From Alphaproteobacteria bacterium (GTDB lineage Bacteria; Pseudomonadota; Alphaproteobacteria; MPNO01): a DNA stretch of 64,000 nt. The DNA lies in assembly GCA_964291675.2 (NCBI GenBank), contig OZ219866.1, forward strand, positions 1 to 64,000, read 5' to 3'. Each line of letters opens with the position of its first letter. Position 1 is the first letter of the stretch. A model generated the notes under the pieces. The model saw nothing but the letters and a program-made list of their open reading frames with translations, made no database searches and was not told the origin of the DNA. Positions 10,497 to 20,824 of this stretch are shown here, piece by piece. The position numbers and the translations under genes are program-made.

Positions 10497-11423
10497 ATGT
10501 TCGAGACACGGAGCGAGGTGGAGCAGCTTCTTGCCGTCGCCGAGGCCGGGCGCATCGTCGCCGCGGCCGAGCGGCTCTCGATGACCCAGCCCGCGCTCAC
10601 CCGCGCCATCGCCAAGCTCGAGCGCCGCGCCGGCGGCCGGCTCTTCGAGCGCCTGCCCACGGGCGTTCGCCTCACCGCGCTCGGGGCGGCGGCGCGCGAG
10701 CGGGCGCGGCGCCTCGCGCGCGAGTTCGCCGACACCGACGAGCACGTGGCGGAGACCCTGGCGGGGCGCGGCGGGCGGCTGCGCATCACCGCCGCGCCGC
10801 TCTGGATGCGGGCGGTGGTCGTGCCGGCCGCGCTTCGATTCGAGAAGGCGTTCCCGGGCGTGGGCCTCACGTTCCGGAGCGTCCCGTTCTCAGAAGGCGT
10901 GCGCCTGCTCGAGGCCGGCGACAGCGACCTGCACTGCGGCGGCGTCGACGGCGGCGGGCCGCTGCCGGAGTACCTGCGCCGCGAGCCGCTGCTCCGGCTC
11001 ACCGGCGGCATCGTCGCCCGGCGCGACCATCCGCTGCGCTCCCGGCGGCCCACGCCCGAGGACCTGGTGCGCAGCCCCTGGCTGGACTGCGACGCGACGG
11101 AGCGCGCCGGGGCCGGCGAGCGCAGGGCCTCGCTCGCGGCCGTTCTCGAGCGGCTCTTCGAGCGCACAGGCCTGCGCGCCGGGCCGGTGCTGCGCAGGGG
11201 CGCGGCGGGCTTCGTCCTCCTCGCCGAGGGGCCGTGGCTCTCCTGGCTCCCGCTCGCGCTGCTCGCGCGCCTGCCCGCGCTCGGCATCGAGCCCCTGCCG
11301 ACCGGCTTCGGGCGCCGGCGCTACCGCACCGGGCTCGTCGCGCGTCGCTCGGCCGAGGACCTCGCGCCGATGCGCGCGTTCGAGGCGATGGAGCGCGACG
11401 TCGCGCGCGAGGGGCCGCGCTGA
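10497..11423 (+). CDS. LysR-family transcriptional regulator
   Basis: AAERLSMTQPALTRAIAKLE..LFER..VRLTALG. Confidence 0.92.
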   Translation: MFETRSEVEQLLAVAEAGRIVAAAERLSMTQPALTRAIAKLERRAGGRLFERLPTGVRLTALGAAARERARRLAREFADTDEHVAETLAGRGGRLRITAAPLWMRAVVVPAALRFEKAFPGVGLTFRSVPFSEGVRLLEAGDSDLHCGGVDGGGPLPEYLRREPLLRLTGGIVARRDHPLRSRRPTPEDLVRSPWLDCDATERAGAGERRASLAAVLERLFERTGLRAGPVLRRGAAGFVLLAEGPWLSWLPLALLARLPALGIEPLPTGFGRRRYRTGLVARRSAEDLAPMRAFEAMERDVAREGPR

Positions 11424-11463
11424 GCGCTCGCGCGCGCCGGCCCGGGGGCGTTGCGGGGCGCCC

Positions 11464-13812
11464 TCAACCCCCGTCCGGGTCCGGCATGCGGTAGCCGACG
11501 CCGCGCTCGCTGAGAATCCATTTGGGCCTCGCTGCGTCCTCGCCGAGCTTGCGCCGCAGGCGCTTGACCACGCCCCGCACCGGCTCGTTGTCGACCTTCT
11601 TCTCCTCCTCGTCGTCCTCGCCGCCGTTGACCCAGAGCCGGCGGCGCAGCGACTCGAAGCTCACCACGCGCCCTGCGTCGAGCGAGAGAATGCGCAGCAG
11701 CCCGTACTCGTGGGGGGTCAGGTGCACCGCGCGGCCCCCGACCGTCACCCGGCGCCGCGCGTGGTCGATGGAGAGCGCGCCCAGCACGAAGGGCGCGGCG
11801 CCTTCGCGCCGGCGAAGCACCGCGCGCACCCGGGCGGCGAGCTCGGCGTCGGAGAAGGGCTTGACGATGTAGTCGGCGGCGCCCGCCTCGAGCGCGCGCA
11901 CCACGGTCTCGTCGCGCCCGTAAGCCGAGATGAAGATGACGGGCAAGTCGGCGAGCTCGGGCACCGTCTGCATGAGCTCGATGCCGTCGGTGCCGGGCAG
12001 CACGAGGTCGAGCACGACGAGGTGTGGGCGGTGGGTGCGGACGAGGCCGGCCACGTCCTCGGGCGCGCCCGTCACCACGGGGGCGTAGCCCGCCGCGGCG
12101 AGCGCGTCGCGGATGCTGCGCAGCATCCGCGGGTCGTCGTCGACCACCAGCACCGGGGTCTTCGCGCCTCGCGCGCCGGGCGCAGGGGACGGGGCGCGGG
12201 CGAGGCCCGCCGCGCCGGGCGTCTCCGCCACCGGCAGGGTGAAGGTGAAGCGGGTGCCGAGCCCCGGCCCTGCGCTCTCCGCGCGGATGCGCCCGCCGTG
12301 CGCCTCCACCAGCCCCTTGCAGATGACGAGCCCGAGGCCGAACCCCGCCCGCTCGGCGTCGGGGCCGGCGGCGTCGGCGTAGCGGCGAAAGAGCCGCGCC
12401 ATGCGCTCGGGAGGAATGCCCCGGCCCTCATCGGTGACCGAGACCGCGACCTCGAGCCCCGTGCGCACCGCCCCGACGTGGATGGGCGAGGACTCGGGGG
12501 AGTGGCGTGCGGCGTTCGAGAGGAGGTTGCCGAGCACCTGCACGATGCGCCGCTTGTCGGCCATCACCGCCGGCAGGTCCGGGGCCAGGTCGATGCGCAC
12601 CGCCTGGCGGGCGCCGGCGCTCTCGAACGCGCTCCGCGCCTGCTCGACCAGCGCCGCGACCTCCCGGGGCTCGGGCTCGACGGAGAGCTTGCCCGCGTCG
12701 ATGCGCCCCGCGTCGAGCAGGTCGGCGACGAGGTCGTCCATGCGGTCCGCCTGCTGGTCGATGATGCGGTGGAACGCGCGAAGCTCCGCCCGGTCGAGCG
12801 CGCGCGCGGGGCGAAGCAGCGTCGCCGTCACACCCTTGATGGAGATGAGCGGCCCGCGCAGCTCGTGGCTCACCATGGCGAGGAACTTCGCGCGCAGGCG
12901 CTCGGTCTCTTCCAGCGCCGCGAGGTCCTGCATCGTGACCACCACCGTCTCGGCCTCCCCCCCGGCGGTGGGGATGGGCGTCGCGTTGACGAGCATGCGA
13001 AGGCTCCGCCCGTCGGGGACGGAGAGCTCGACCTCGGCGGCGCGAAGGCGCTCGGCGCTCTTCAGCTCATCCAGCGTGACCTCGCGCCCGTCGGCGAGCC
13101 GCGAGGTCAGCACCTCGCGCAAGCTCTCCAGCGACCCGTCGGGGGCGAGCAGCCCCGCGAGGATGCGCTTCGCCTCGCGGTTGACGGTGAGCGGATTGCC
13201 GGTCGCGGCGTCGAGCACCACCACCCCGACCGGCGAGGTCTCCACGAGCGCTTCCAAGTCGGCCCGCGCGCGGCGCTCGTCGCGGTGCGCGCGCGCATTG
13301 GCGATGGCGACGGCGGCCTGCGCCGCGAGCAGCACCAGCACTTCTTCGTCCTCGTCGGTGAACGCCGCCCCGCCCGCCTTCTCGCCGAGGAAGAAGTGCC
13401 CGACGTCGAGGCCGTGGTGGCGCATCGGCGTGCCCTGGAAGGTGCGGCAGGGGATGAGCCCGGGTGCCAGGCCGAGCGAGGCGACGTACTCGCCGAGGTC
13501 GGCGAGGCGGAGCGGCCCGTCGAGAGCGCGCAGGTGTTCAAACAGGCGCATCGCGTCGGGCCAGGCCGCCATCTGCCGCGCCTCCTCGGGGGTGAGGCCG
13601 GAGGCGACGTGGCCCTGCGGCAGGCCCGCCTCGTCGACGGGGGCGATGACGCCCAGGCGCGCCCCAGTGAGCGCGCGGGCGCTGTCGACCACCTCGCGCA
13701 GCACGGTGTCGAGGTCGAGGCTCGCGCTGATGCGGAGCACCGCCGCGCTCAAGCGCGAGACGGGCGTGCCCGGCGCCTCGGCGTCCGGGTCCCGGCGGTC
13801 GGATTCGGTCAT
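11464..13812 (-). CDS. Soluble hybrid GAF-PAS-histidine kinase-receiver-OmpR wHTH regulator
   Basis: GAF (FTDEDEEVL), H-box SHELRGPL, NLLSNA, DEGRG, GLGL, receiver VDDD/DLVLP/KPF, C-terminal LTPHEY..LRRKL..RGVGYR. Confidence 0.9.
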   Translation of the reverse strand: MTESDRRDPDAEAPGTPVSRLSAAVLRISASLDLDTVLREVVDSARALTGARLGVIAPVDEAGLPQGHVASGLTPEEARQMAAWPDAMRLFEHLRALDGPLRLADLGEYVASLGLAPGLIPCRTFQGTPMRHHGLDVGHFFLGEKAGGAAFTDEDEEVLVLLAAQAAVAIANARAHRDERRARADLEALVETSPVGVVVLDAATGNPLTVNREAKRILAGLLAPDGSLESLREVLTSRLADGREVTLDELKSAERLRAAEVELSVPDGRSLRMLVNATPIPTAGGEAETVVVTMQDLAALEETERLRAKFLAMVSHELRGPLISIKGVTATLLRPARALDRAELRAFHRIIDQQADRMDDLVADLLDAGRIDAGKLSVEPEPREVAALVEQARSAFESAGARQAVRIDLAPDLPAVMADKRRIVQVLGNLLSNAARHSPESSPIHVGAVRTGLEVAVSVTDEGRGIPPERMARLFRRYADAAGPDAERAGFGLGLVICKGLVEAHGGRIRAESAGPGLGTRFTFTLPVAETPGAAGLARAPSPAPGARGAKTPVLVVDDDPRMLRSIRDALAAAGYAPVVTGAPEDVAGLVRTHRPHLVVLDLVLPGTDGIELMQTVPELADLPVIFISAYGRDETVVRALEAGAADYIVKPFSDAELAARVRAVLRRREGAAPFVLGALSIDHARRRVTVGGRAVHLTPHEYGLLRILSLDAGRVVSFESLRRRLWVNGGEDDEEEKKVDNEPVRGVVKRLRRKLGEDAARPKWILSERGVGYRMPDPDGG

Positions 13813-14104
13813 CGGTCTCCCTCCGGTGCGGCGGCGCGCGACGCCGCCGCGACAAAAAATGACGATTCGGGCTTATTGTCATCCTATTTACACGATTTTA
13901 CTCGGTCTTTCCACGCATATCGCGTGAATCTTCGTCTATGCTCATGCTCGTTGGTACGCGCACCACGCGGCGGAGGCATAGACAGGTTTCCGCCTGAGGG
14001 CCATGCCGGTCGAGGAACCGGGGCGCCGGGGCGCCGGGTTGGCGGTGCCGCCGGAGCGGAGCCTCGCGCGGGTGTCGCGCTAGTGAGTTGAGAGGGTATG
14101 GACG

Positions 14105-17100
14105 ATGACGCTATCGACGGTTGCGGAACGCTTGGGCGGACTCGCTGTTAGAAGCCGGAAGCCGGAAGCCGGAAGCCGGAAGCCGGAAGTCGGTACCGGT
14201 CCGGACGGCGCGTTCCGGTATCCGCCTCGACACCGGCCTGTGCCGGACCGGGCGGCTGACGCCATGGGCCGCGTGGCATGCGTCCGGCGGGAGCGCCAAT
14301 CCCGTCCAGGCTTCCCCGGCCTCCGCCGCCCGGCGGGGCCTGCTTCCTCCCCCGCTCACGAAACCGGTGCGGCCAGCGTCCGTGTTTCGGGCCGTGCGAG
14401 TGGTCTGTCCCGGTTCCGCCGTGCCGCGCTCGCGGCGCTGCTCGGGCTCGCCGCCTTCGCCGCCGCCCCGCAGGGCGCCTCCGCCGATCCCTGTCCCGGC
14501 GACATCGTGCCCCCCGGCACCTTCTGGTCGGCGTGCATGACGCCGGAGTTTCAGGATAACCGCATTCAAACACTATCAGGTTACCGCCGCACCGCAGATT
14601 ACGGCAGGCTGTCCGACATAACGGTCGATAGCGCGGCCGGCACCCTTACGGTCCAAATCCTGACCTACACTTTCAGCAAGCTCGCGAACTCGCGTGAAAT
14701 CAGGATTGACTTCTTAGGTGACGAAAGCCACTCCGCCCCTCCAAGCGTCACCGCGGGTTGGAAGCTGCACATCGGCAGCTACACCTATGCTCTCGACTCC
14801 AATGCTCACAATGTTTCGCGGCAATACAGCTCCTACAACTGGGATGCAGCCGGCCCGATCTGGACCGAGGGACAGAAGATCACGGTGATCCTGCGGGTGG
14901 ATCCCGCCAGAAGGATCGGCGGCCGCGTGGTGCGGGCGGGGCTGCCGTTCCTCTACGTGCTAAAGGAGGACACGTTCAAGGACCCGGTGGGCGCCGGGCT
15001 GACCTACTCGGCGGCGCTGGAAGGCGGTGCCGCGCTGCCGGACTGGCTCACCTTCGATCCCGACCGGCGTACCCTCAGGGGCACGCCGACCAACGCCGAC
15101 GCGACCGGGCCCGACGAGCGGATCCATGTCGCGTTCCTGGCCACCGACGGCAACGGCGGCGAACAGGTCCGCGTGCTCAGCATCGGCGTCGTGCCGGACA
15201 CCGGCCCGCCCGTGATCCAGAGCGTCTCGAAAGCCTCCGGGAAGCTCGTCCTCACCTATAACGAGCCCCTCGACGAGGACTCCGAGCCCGGCGCCGGCGC
15301 CTTCGCGGTGACCGATGGCGGCAACCCGGCCACGGTGAGCAGCGTCGATGTGTCGGGCCGCACCGTCGTGCTGACGCTCGCCTCCGCGCTCACCGGCGCG
15401 GCGCAGGTGAGCTACACGGTGCCGACCGGGGCGAATGCGACGCCGATCCGGGACGTGGCGGGCACCAACGCGGCGGCGTTCAGCAACAAGGCCGCCTCGG
15501 ACTACGTCATCGGCGTGCGGGCGTTGCAGGGGCGGGTCTCGGAGGGGGCCGGGTCTGCGGGGTTCGAGATCTCGCTCGATCCGGTCCCGGTGGACCCGAA
15601 CGTGGCCTTCTTCGTGCACTGGGAGACGGTGCCGGGCACGGCGGTGCCGCACTGGCTGTCGCAGACCGGCGCCGACTACACCGGCACGGGCGGGGGGATT
15701 GCGCTCGGCAACGGCGGCGGCAGCAAGCCCACCTACCGGGTGTGGGTGCCCGTCGCCGACGACGGGCTCGACGAGCCGGACGAGACCTTCGGCCTGCGCA
15801 TCGCGCTCGGCTTCGGCCCGGACCAGACCGACATCGTGAACCCGACAAGCGCCCCGGCATACGTGAAGGACCTTGCGGTGAGTGTCGATACGGCCGAAGC
15901 GGAGGTGACGATCGAGGACAACGACTCCGGCCCGTCGGTGACGCTGCGCGCGCCCGGCGGCAGGCTCGGGGACGACATCCGCGAGGGCGACGAAGAGGCG
16001 GCGTTCGGCGTGTGGCTGCTGCCGGGGACGGGGTCGGTCTCCTACCCGGTGACGGTGAACTACGCGGTGCGCGCGCTGACCGCGGCCGAGACGGCCGAGG
16101 CGGACGGGCGCACCCGGGCGACCGCGGGCACGGACTTCACCGCGGCGACGGGCATGGTGACCTTCAATACCGGCGAGACCTACAAGGCGGTGCCGGTCGA
16201 CGTGCCGCGCACGCCGGAGCTGGAGGGCGACGAGTACTTCGCGGTGGAGCTTTCGGGTCCGAGCGGCAACCTCGACATCGAGGAGAGCCTGGGGCTCTAC
16301 CTGATTTACGACAATCCGGGGCCGTACAAGTCGCGGATGGGGGTGGGGTCCGGGGCGCCGCCGGAGAGCGAAGGCGGGGGCTGCGGGGCGAACCTGTGGG
16401 TCGAGTTCCGCGACGGCAACGGCGACCGGACGCAGGTGTCGTCGCTCGCGGCGACCGACTTCGCGGTGGAGAACGGGCGCATCGGCGCGCCGGCGGCGGA
16501 CGCGGACGGCCTGCGCTGGACGGTGCCGGCCTGGGCGGCGGCGGGCTTCACCGGGCTGATGCGGGTGCGGCTTGTGGAGAAGGCGCCGGCCCCCGAAGGG
16601 CGGGTGACGGCCTGGGAGGCGGCGGAGCAGGTCCTGCGGGTCGCGAGCGATACGGACTGCCCGGCGGTGGCGCGGAGCGAGCTCGCCTCGCTCGCGCTGG
16701 AGGGCCTCGAGCTGGACCCGGCCTTCGATGCGGCAACGACGTCCTATACGGCGGCCGCGCCGCAGGACACGGAGACGGTGACGGTGACGGCGGAGGCGGT
16801 CTACGGCACGTCGGACGTCGCCATCGCGCCGGCGGACGCCGACACCGACGCCGAGGGCCACCAGGTGACGCTCGCCGAAGGCGGGACCGGGATTGCGGTG
16901 ACGGTGACGCCGGGCGACGGCAGCGCGGCGAAGACCTGGACGGTGACGGTGACGGGCGCGTCCGATCCGGGCGTGCTGACCGGCTTCGTGCTGGTGGACG
17001 CCTCGAACGACGCCGATTTGGGCGCGGTCGAGAGCGGCGGCACGGTGACGGTGTCGGGGGCCGGCCGTTACGGCGTGCGCGCCGAGACGCAAGCGAACGC

Positions 17101-19894
17101 GGAGGTCGGCAGCGTGGTGCTGACGCTTGCCGGTCCGGGCGCGGAAGACACGCACACGCGGACCGAGAGCATCGCGCCCTACTCGCTCTACGGCGACGAC
17201 ATGCAGGGCGCCGAGCACGGCCGGGCGCTTCCGGCGGGCACCTATACCCTGACGGCGACGGCCTATGCAGACAGGGGCGGCGCGGGCGACGTGCTCGGCA
17301 CGCTCGCGGTGCCGTTCACGGTCGCGGTCGAGGCGGCGCCGGGCGTGCTGACCGGCTTCGTGCTGGTGGACGCGGCGACGGACGAGGACTTGGGAGCAAT
17401 TGCGGACGGCGGCACGGTGTCGGTGCCGGCGGCCGGGCGCTACGGCATCCGCGCCGAGACGCAAGCGAACGCGCAAGTCGGCAGCGTGGTGCTGACGCTT
17501 GCCGGTCCGGGTGCGGACGATGTGCACGAGCGGACCGAGAGCGTGGCGCCGTACTCGCTCTACGGCGATGCCGGGGGCGCGGAGCACGGCCGGGCGCTGG
17601 CGGTGGGGTCCTACACCCTGACCGCGACGGCCCATGCGGAGCGCGGCGGCGCGGGCCGCGCGCTCGGCACGCTCACGGTGGCGTTCACGGCGGCGGCCTC
17701 GACGGCGCCGCTGACGGCGTCGCTCGAGAACCTGCCGGAGCGGCACGACGGCGCCACGGCGTTCAGCTTCGAGCTTCGCCTGAGCGAGCACGTGCCGGCG
17801 CTGCGCTACAAGACGGTTCGCGATGACGCGTTCACGGTGACCGGCGGCGAGGTGACCGATGTCCGGCGGATCGCGCCGCAGGCGACCGACAAGAACCGGC
17901 GCTGGGAGGTGACGGTGACGCCGGACTCGTTCGGGGACGTGGCGGTGACGCTGCCGGCGACGACGGACTGCGCGGCGGCGGGGGCGGTGTGTCACGCGGA
18001 CGGGCGGATGCTGTCGGCCGCGGCCTCGGGCACGGTGCCGGGGCCGGCGCTGTCGGTGGCGGACGCGCGGGCCCAGGAAGGCACCGACGACACCCTCGAC
18101 TTCGCGGTCACCCTCGTCCCGGCGCGGACGGTGGCGGTGACGGTGGAGTACGCGACCGCCGACGGCACGGCGACGGCGGGGTCGGACTACACGGCGACCT
18201 CCGGCACGCTGACCTTCGCCGCGGGCGAGACGCAGAAGACCGTCTCGGTGCCGGCGCTCGAAGACGACCACGACGAGGGCAGCGAGACGCTGACGCTCAG
18301 GCTCTCGAACGCGCAAGGGGCGAACATCGCGGACGGCGAGGCCACGGGCACCATCACCAACTCGGACGCGATCCCGAAGGCGTGGCTCGCGCGGTTCGGG
18401 CGCACGGTGACGGGCCAGGTGCTGGACGCGGTCCAGGACCGGCTTGCGGCGCCGCGAACGCCGGGCGCGGAGGCGAGCCTGGCGGGCCTGGCGATGCCGT
18501 CGTGGCGGGGCGGCGACGCGGCCGGGGCCGACGCCGCGGCGGTCGCCGCGGAGCGCGAGGAGGAAGAGGCCCGGGCGGCGCTGGCGTCGATGACGGCGTG
18601 GCTTTCGCAGGCCGATGGCGACGATGGCGGGCGCGAGCCCGAGTCTCGGGCGCTGACCGAACAGGACTTCATCACCGGCACGTCGTTCGCGCTGACCGGC
18701 GGCTCTGCGCAGGGCGGCGGCTTCGCGTCGCTGTGGGGCCGTGCCTCGATCGCGGGCTTCGACGGCCGCGAGGGCTCGCTCACGGTGGACGGCGAGGTCA
18801 CCACCGGGCTGATCGGCGCGGACTGGGCCTCGGCCAACTGGACTGCGGGCCTTGCGCTCGGGCATTCCACCGGCACCGGGGGCTGGCGCAAGGGCGGCGC
18901 GTGCGACCTCAACTGCGGGGGCGCCATCGAGGCGGTCCTGACCGGCCTCTACCCCTATGCCGGCCTGGACCTGACCGAGCGGCTCTCCGTGTGGGCGGCG
19001 GCGGGTCACGGCTCCGGCGAGGTGACTGTGACGCCCGAGGGCGAGGCCGGCCTGACGGCGGACCTCACCATGAGCATGGGCGCGGCCGGGATGCGGAGCG
19101 AGGTGCTGCGGCCTGTGGACGGCGACGGTCTCGCGCTTGCGCTCAAGGGCGACGCGCGCTTCACGCGGACGTCCTCGGAGGCGGTGCGGAGCGAGGGGGG
19201 CAACCTCGCGGCTGCGGACGCGGACGTGTGGCTGCTCCGCCTCGGCATGGAGGGTTCTCGGCGGTTCGCGCTGGATCGTGCGGACGGCGGGGCGAGCGTG
19301 ACGCCGTCCTTCGAGCTGGGCTTGAGGCTCGACGGCGGCGACGCGGAGACCGGCATGGGCGCCGACATGGGCGGCGGAGTGGCTTTCGCCGACCCGGCGA
19401 ACGGTCTCGTCTTCGAGAGCCGCGCGCGGGCGCTTGTTGCGCACGAGGCCGACGGCTTCCGCGAGTGGGGGGCGAGCCTGTCGGCGTCCTGGGACCCGCG
19501 GCCCTCGACCGACCGGGGCCTCAGCGTGTCGCTGACCCAGTCCTGGGGCGCCTCGCCCGGGGGCGGCATGGACGCGCTGCTCGGGCGCGAGACGCTCGCG
19601 GACCTCGCCGCGAACGACGAGGATGGCGGCGACGGGTTCCGTGCGTCGAGCCGGCTGGAGGGCGAGATCGGCTATGGGTTTGGAGTGTTCGGCGGCGCCT
19701 TTACGGGCACGCCGAACTTCGGCCTGGGGCTCTCCGAGAGTGCCCGCGACTGGCGCATCGGGTGGCGGCTCGCGCCGGAGGGCACGACCGCCGGGGGCTT
19801 CGAGATGAACCTCGACGCGACGCGGAGCGAGCCCGTGAACGACGACGCCGAGCCCGTGCACGGGGTGATGCTGCGGAGCGTGCTCCGCTGGTGA
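14105..19894 (+). CDS. Large surface adhesin/autotransporter-like protein (Ig/cadherin-like, SwmB-like, Calx-beta, duplicated Ig-like domain, C-terminal beta-barrel); start uncertain
   Basis: Signal-like RRAALAALLGLAAFAAAPQGASA; LPDWLTFDP..LRGTP; LTYNEPLD; YATADGTATAGSDYTATSGTLTFAAGET; AWLARFGRTV; ends with W. Confidence 0.85.
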   Translation: MTLSTVAERLGGLAVRSRKPEAGSRKPEVGTGPDGAFRYPPRHRPVPDRAADAMGRVACVRRERQSRPGFPGLRRPAGPASSPAHETGAASVRVSGRASGLSRFRRAALAALLGLAAFAAAPQGASADPCPGDIVPPGTFWSACMTPEFQDNRIQTLSGYRRTADYGRLSDITVDSAAGTLTVQILTYTFSKLANSREIRIDFLGDESHSAPPSVTAGWKLHIGSYTYALDSNAHNVSRQYSSYNWDAAGPIWTEGQKITVILRVDPARRIGGRVVRAGLPFLYVLKEDTFKDPVGAGLTYSAALEGGAALPDWLTFDPDRRTLRGTPTNADATGPDERIHVAFLATDGNGGEQVRVLSIGVVPDTGPPVIQSVSKASGKLVLTYNEPLDEDSEPGAGAFAVTDGGNPATVSSVDVSGRTVVLTLASALTGAAQVSYTVPTGANATPIRDVAGTNAAAFSNKAASDYVIGVRALQGRVSEGAGSAGFEISLDPVPVDPNVAFFVHWETVPGTAVPHWLSQTGADYTGTGGGIALGNGGGSKPTYRVWVPVADDGLDEPDETFGLRIALGFGPDQTDIVNPTSAPAYVKDLAVSVDTAEAEVTIEDNDSGPSVTLRAPGGRLGDDIREGDEEAAFGVWLLPGTGSVSYPVTVNYAVRALTAAETAEADGRTRATAGTDFTAATGMVTFNTGETYKAVPVDVPRTPELEGDEYFAVELSGPSGNLDIEESLGLYLIYDNPGPYKSRMGVGSGAPPESEGGGCGANLWVEFRDGNGDRTQVSSLAATDFAVENGRIGAPAADADGLRWTVPAWAAAGFTGLMRVRLVEKAPAPEGRVTAWEAAEQVLRVASDTDCPAVARSELASLALEGLELDPAFDAATTSYTAAAPQDTETVTVTAEAVYGTSDVAIAPADADTDAEGHQVTLAEGGTGIAVTVTPGDGSAAKTWTVTVTGASDPGVLTGFVLVDASNDADLGAVESGGTVTVSGAGRYGVRAETQANAEVGSVVLTLAGPGAEDTHTRTESIAPYSLYGDDMQGAEHGRALPAGTYTLTATAYADRGGAGDVLGTLAVPFTVAVEAAPGVLTGFVLVDAATDEDLGAIADGGTVSVPAAGRYGIRAETQANAQVGSVVLTLAGPGADDVHERTESVAPYSLYGDAGGAEHGRALAVGSYTLTATAHAERGGAGRALGTLTVAFTAAASTAPLTASLENLPERHDGATAFSFELRLSEHVPALRYKTVRDDAFTVTGGEVTDVRRIAPQATDKNRRWEVTVTPDSFGDVAVTLPATTDCAAAGAVCHADGRMLSAAASGTVPGPALSVADARAQEGTDDTLDFAVTLVPARTVAVTVEYATADGTATAGSDYTATSGTLTFAAGETQKTVSVPALEDDHDEGSETLTLRLSNAQGANIADGEATGTITNSDAIPKAWLARFGRTVTGQVLDAVQDRLAAPRTPGAEASLAGLAMPSWRGGDAAGADAAAVAAEREEEEARAALASMTAWLSQADGDDGGREPESRALTEQDFITGTSFALTGGSAQGGGFASLWGRASIAGFDGREGSLTVDGEVTTGLIGADWASANWTAGLALGHSTGTGGWRKGGACDLNCGGAIEAVLTGLYPYAGLDLTERLSVWAAAGHGSGEVTVTPEGEAGLTADLTMSMGAAGMRSEVLRPVDGDGLALALKGDARFTRTSSEAVRSEGGNLAAADADVWLLRLGMEGSRRFALDRADGGASVTPSFELGLRLDGGDAETGMGADMGGGVAFADPANGLVFESRARALVAHEADGFREWGASLSASWDPRPSTDRGLSVSLTQSWGASPGGGMDALLGRETLADLAANDEDGGDGFRASSRLEGEIGYGFGVFGGAFTGTPNFGLGLSESARDWRIGWRLAPEGTTAGGFEMNLDATRSEPVNDDAEPVHGVMLRSVLRW
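14151..14192 (+). repeat. Heptamer tandem repeat (GAAGCCG)x5 plus GAAGTCG
   Basis: Read directly from the sequence. Confidence 0.95.
16967..17690 (+). repeat. Internal duplication of a ~120-aa domain in the adhesin
   Basis: PGVLTGFVLVDA..APYSLYGD..YTLTATA..LGTL occurs twice. Confidence 0.9.
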
Positions 19895-19968
19895 GGCGCG
19901 GCGGCGCGCGGAGCGCCGCCGTTCCGTTCACATTCATCGAGCGGCCTTGAGCCGGATATTCCAACGGA

Positions 19969-20014
19969 CCCCGGTCCCGGTCTCCCCTCGCGGGAGGCAG
20001 GGGCCGGGGTTTTT
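19969..20014 (+). terminator. Rho-independent terminator after the adhesin
   Basis: CCCCGGTCCC..GGGGCCGGGG stem followed by TTTTT. Confidence 0.7.
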
Positions 20015-20046
20015 CGCGTGAGAGGGCAACCCGAAGGAGGAGGATC

Positions 20047-20295
20047 ATGAGCAATACCGGAACGGGAAGGGCCTGGCGGTTCCTGAAGCGGAACCCGGAC
20101 TACGCGGCCGAATGGGAGGCGGCGGCCGACGCGGTGGAGCCTATGGAGGCCGGGCCCTTCCCGGTGCGGACCCAGTCGGCCGCGGACCGTGCGGCGGCGG
20201 CATGGGGGCTGATGGCGTGGGAGGACCCGCTCGCCGAAGACGGGCCGGCATCCCCCTTCTGGACCGAGGCGCCGGCGCTGAGGGGCATCCCCGTT
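20047..20295 (+). pseudogene. DUF6499-like (FseA/DUF2285-associated) regulator N-terminus, truncated
   Basis: AWRFLKRNPDYAAEW..WGL..EDP..PFW; stops at the mini-IS21. Confidence 0.55.
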
Positions 20296-20350
20296 TGTCA
20301 ATCGGCTTTGAAGATTGACCCAATAGGGGGTCAATTTTCCACGCTTAACA
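20296..20350 (-). mobile_element. 55-bp fusion of IS21 right and left ends (mini-IS21)
   Basis: TGTCAATCGGCTTTGAAGATTGACCC-AATAGGGGGTCAATTTTCCACGCTTAACA. Confidence 0.85.
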
Positions 20351-20690
20351 ACACCATGGGCACGGCGGAGGGGAGCTCCTCCAGGTTGACGAGCCAGAGG
20401 TCGGTGCTGTCGGTGGGCGGCAGGAAGTCGGGGGCCGCCCAGCGGGTGCGGTTGTCGCTGTCGCGCCAGGGGATGCCGCGCACGTCGACGGGATCGAGCA
20501 GCAGCGCGCGGACGTCGCAGTAGATGCGGCGGCCTTCGCCGGCGACCTGCTGCGCGAGCTCGCTCTTGCCGCAGCCGGGAGATCCCCTGACCATCACGGG
20601 CTGTCTGGCATCGATGAGGACCTTGAGGGTGGCGGCGAGCTCGCTCGGCCGCAGCGTGTAGTCGGCGGAGATGGTGTCGGGATCGGTCAC
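20351..20690 (-). pseudogene. AAA ATPase N-terminal fragment, paralog of 51668-52693
   Basis: ISADYTLRPSELA..GSPGCGKS..NLEELPSAVPMV, cut by the mini-IS21. Confidence 0.85.
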
Positions 20691-20824
20691 GGGCGCCTCC
20701 GGATGGCAGGAAGACGGCGCGGACGTCTCTCATCGTCCGGCCTCGCCCGGGCCCGAGCGCCCGCCCCGCTTGCCGGCTCGGGGCAACGGGCGGGCGCTAG
20801 CTGCGGTCTTCGGGGGAAAGGTGA

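Noticed and set aside
14960-19861. 1633-aa minus-strand ORF, and similar long shadow ORFs (7302-8915, 11710-14091, 54715-58320, 55298-58420)
   Set aside because: Antisense or alternate-frame shadows of high-GC genes; Arg/Pro/His-rich with no recognisable motifs
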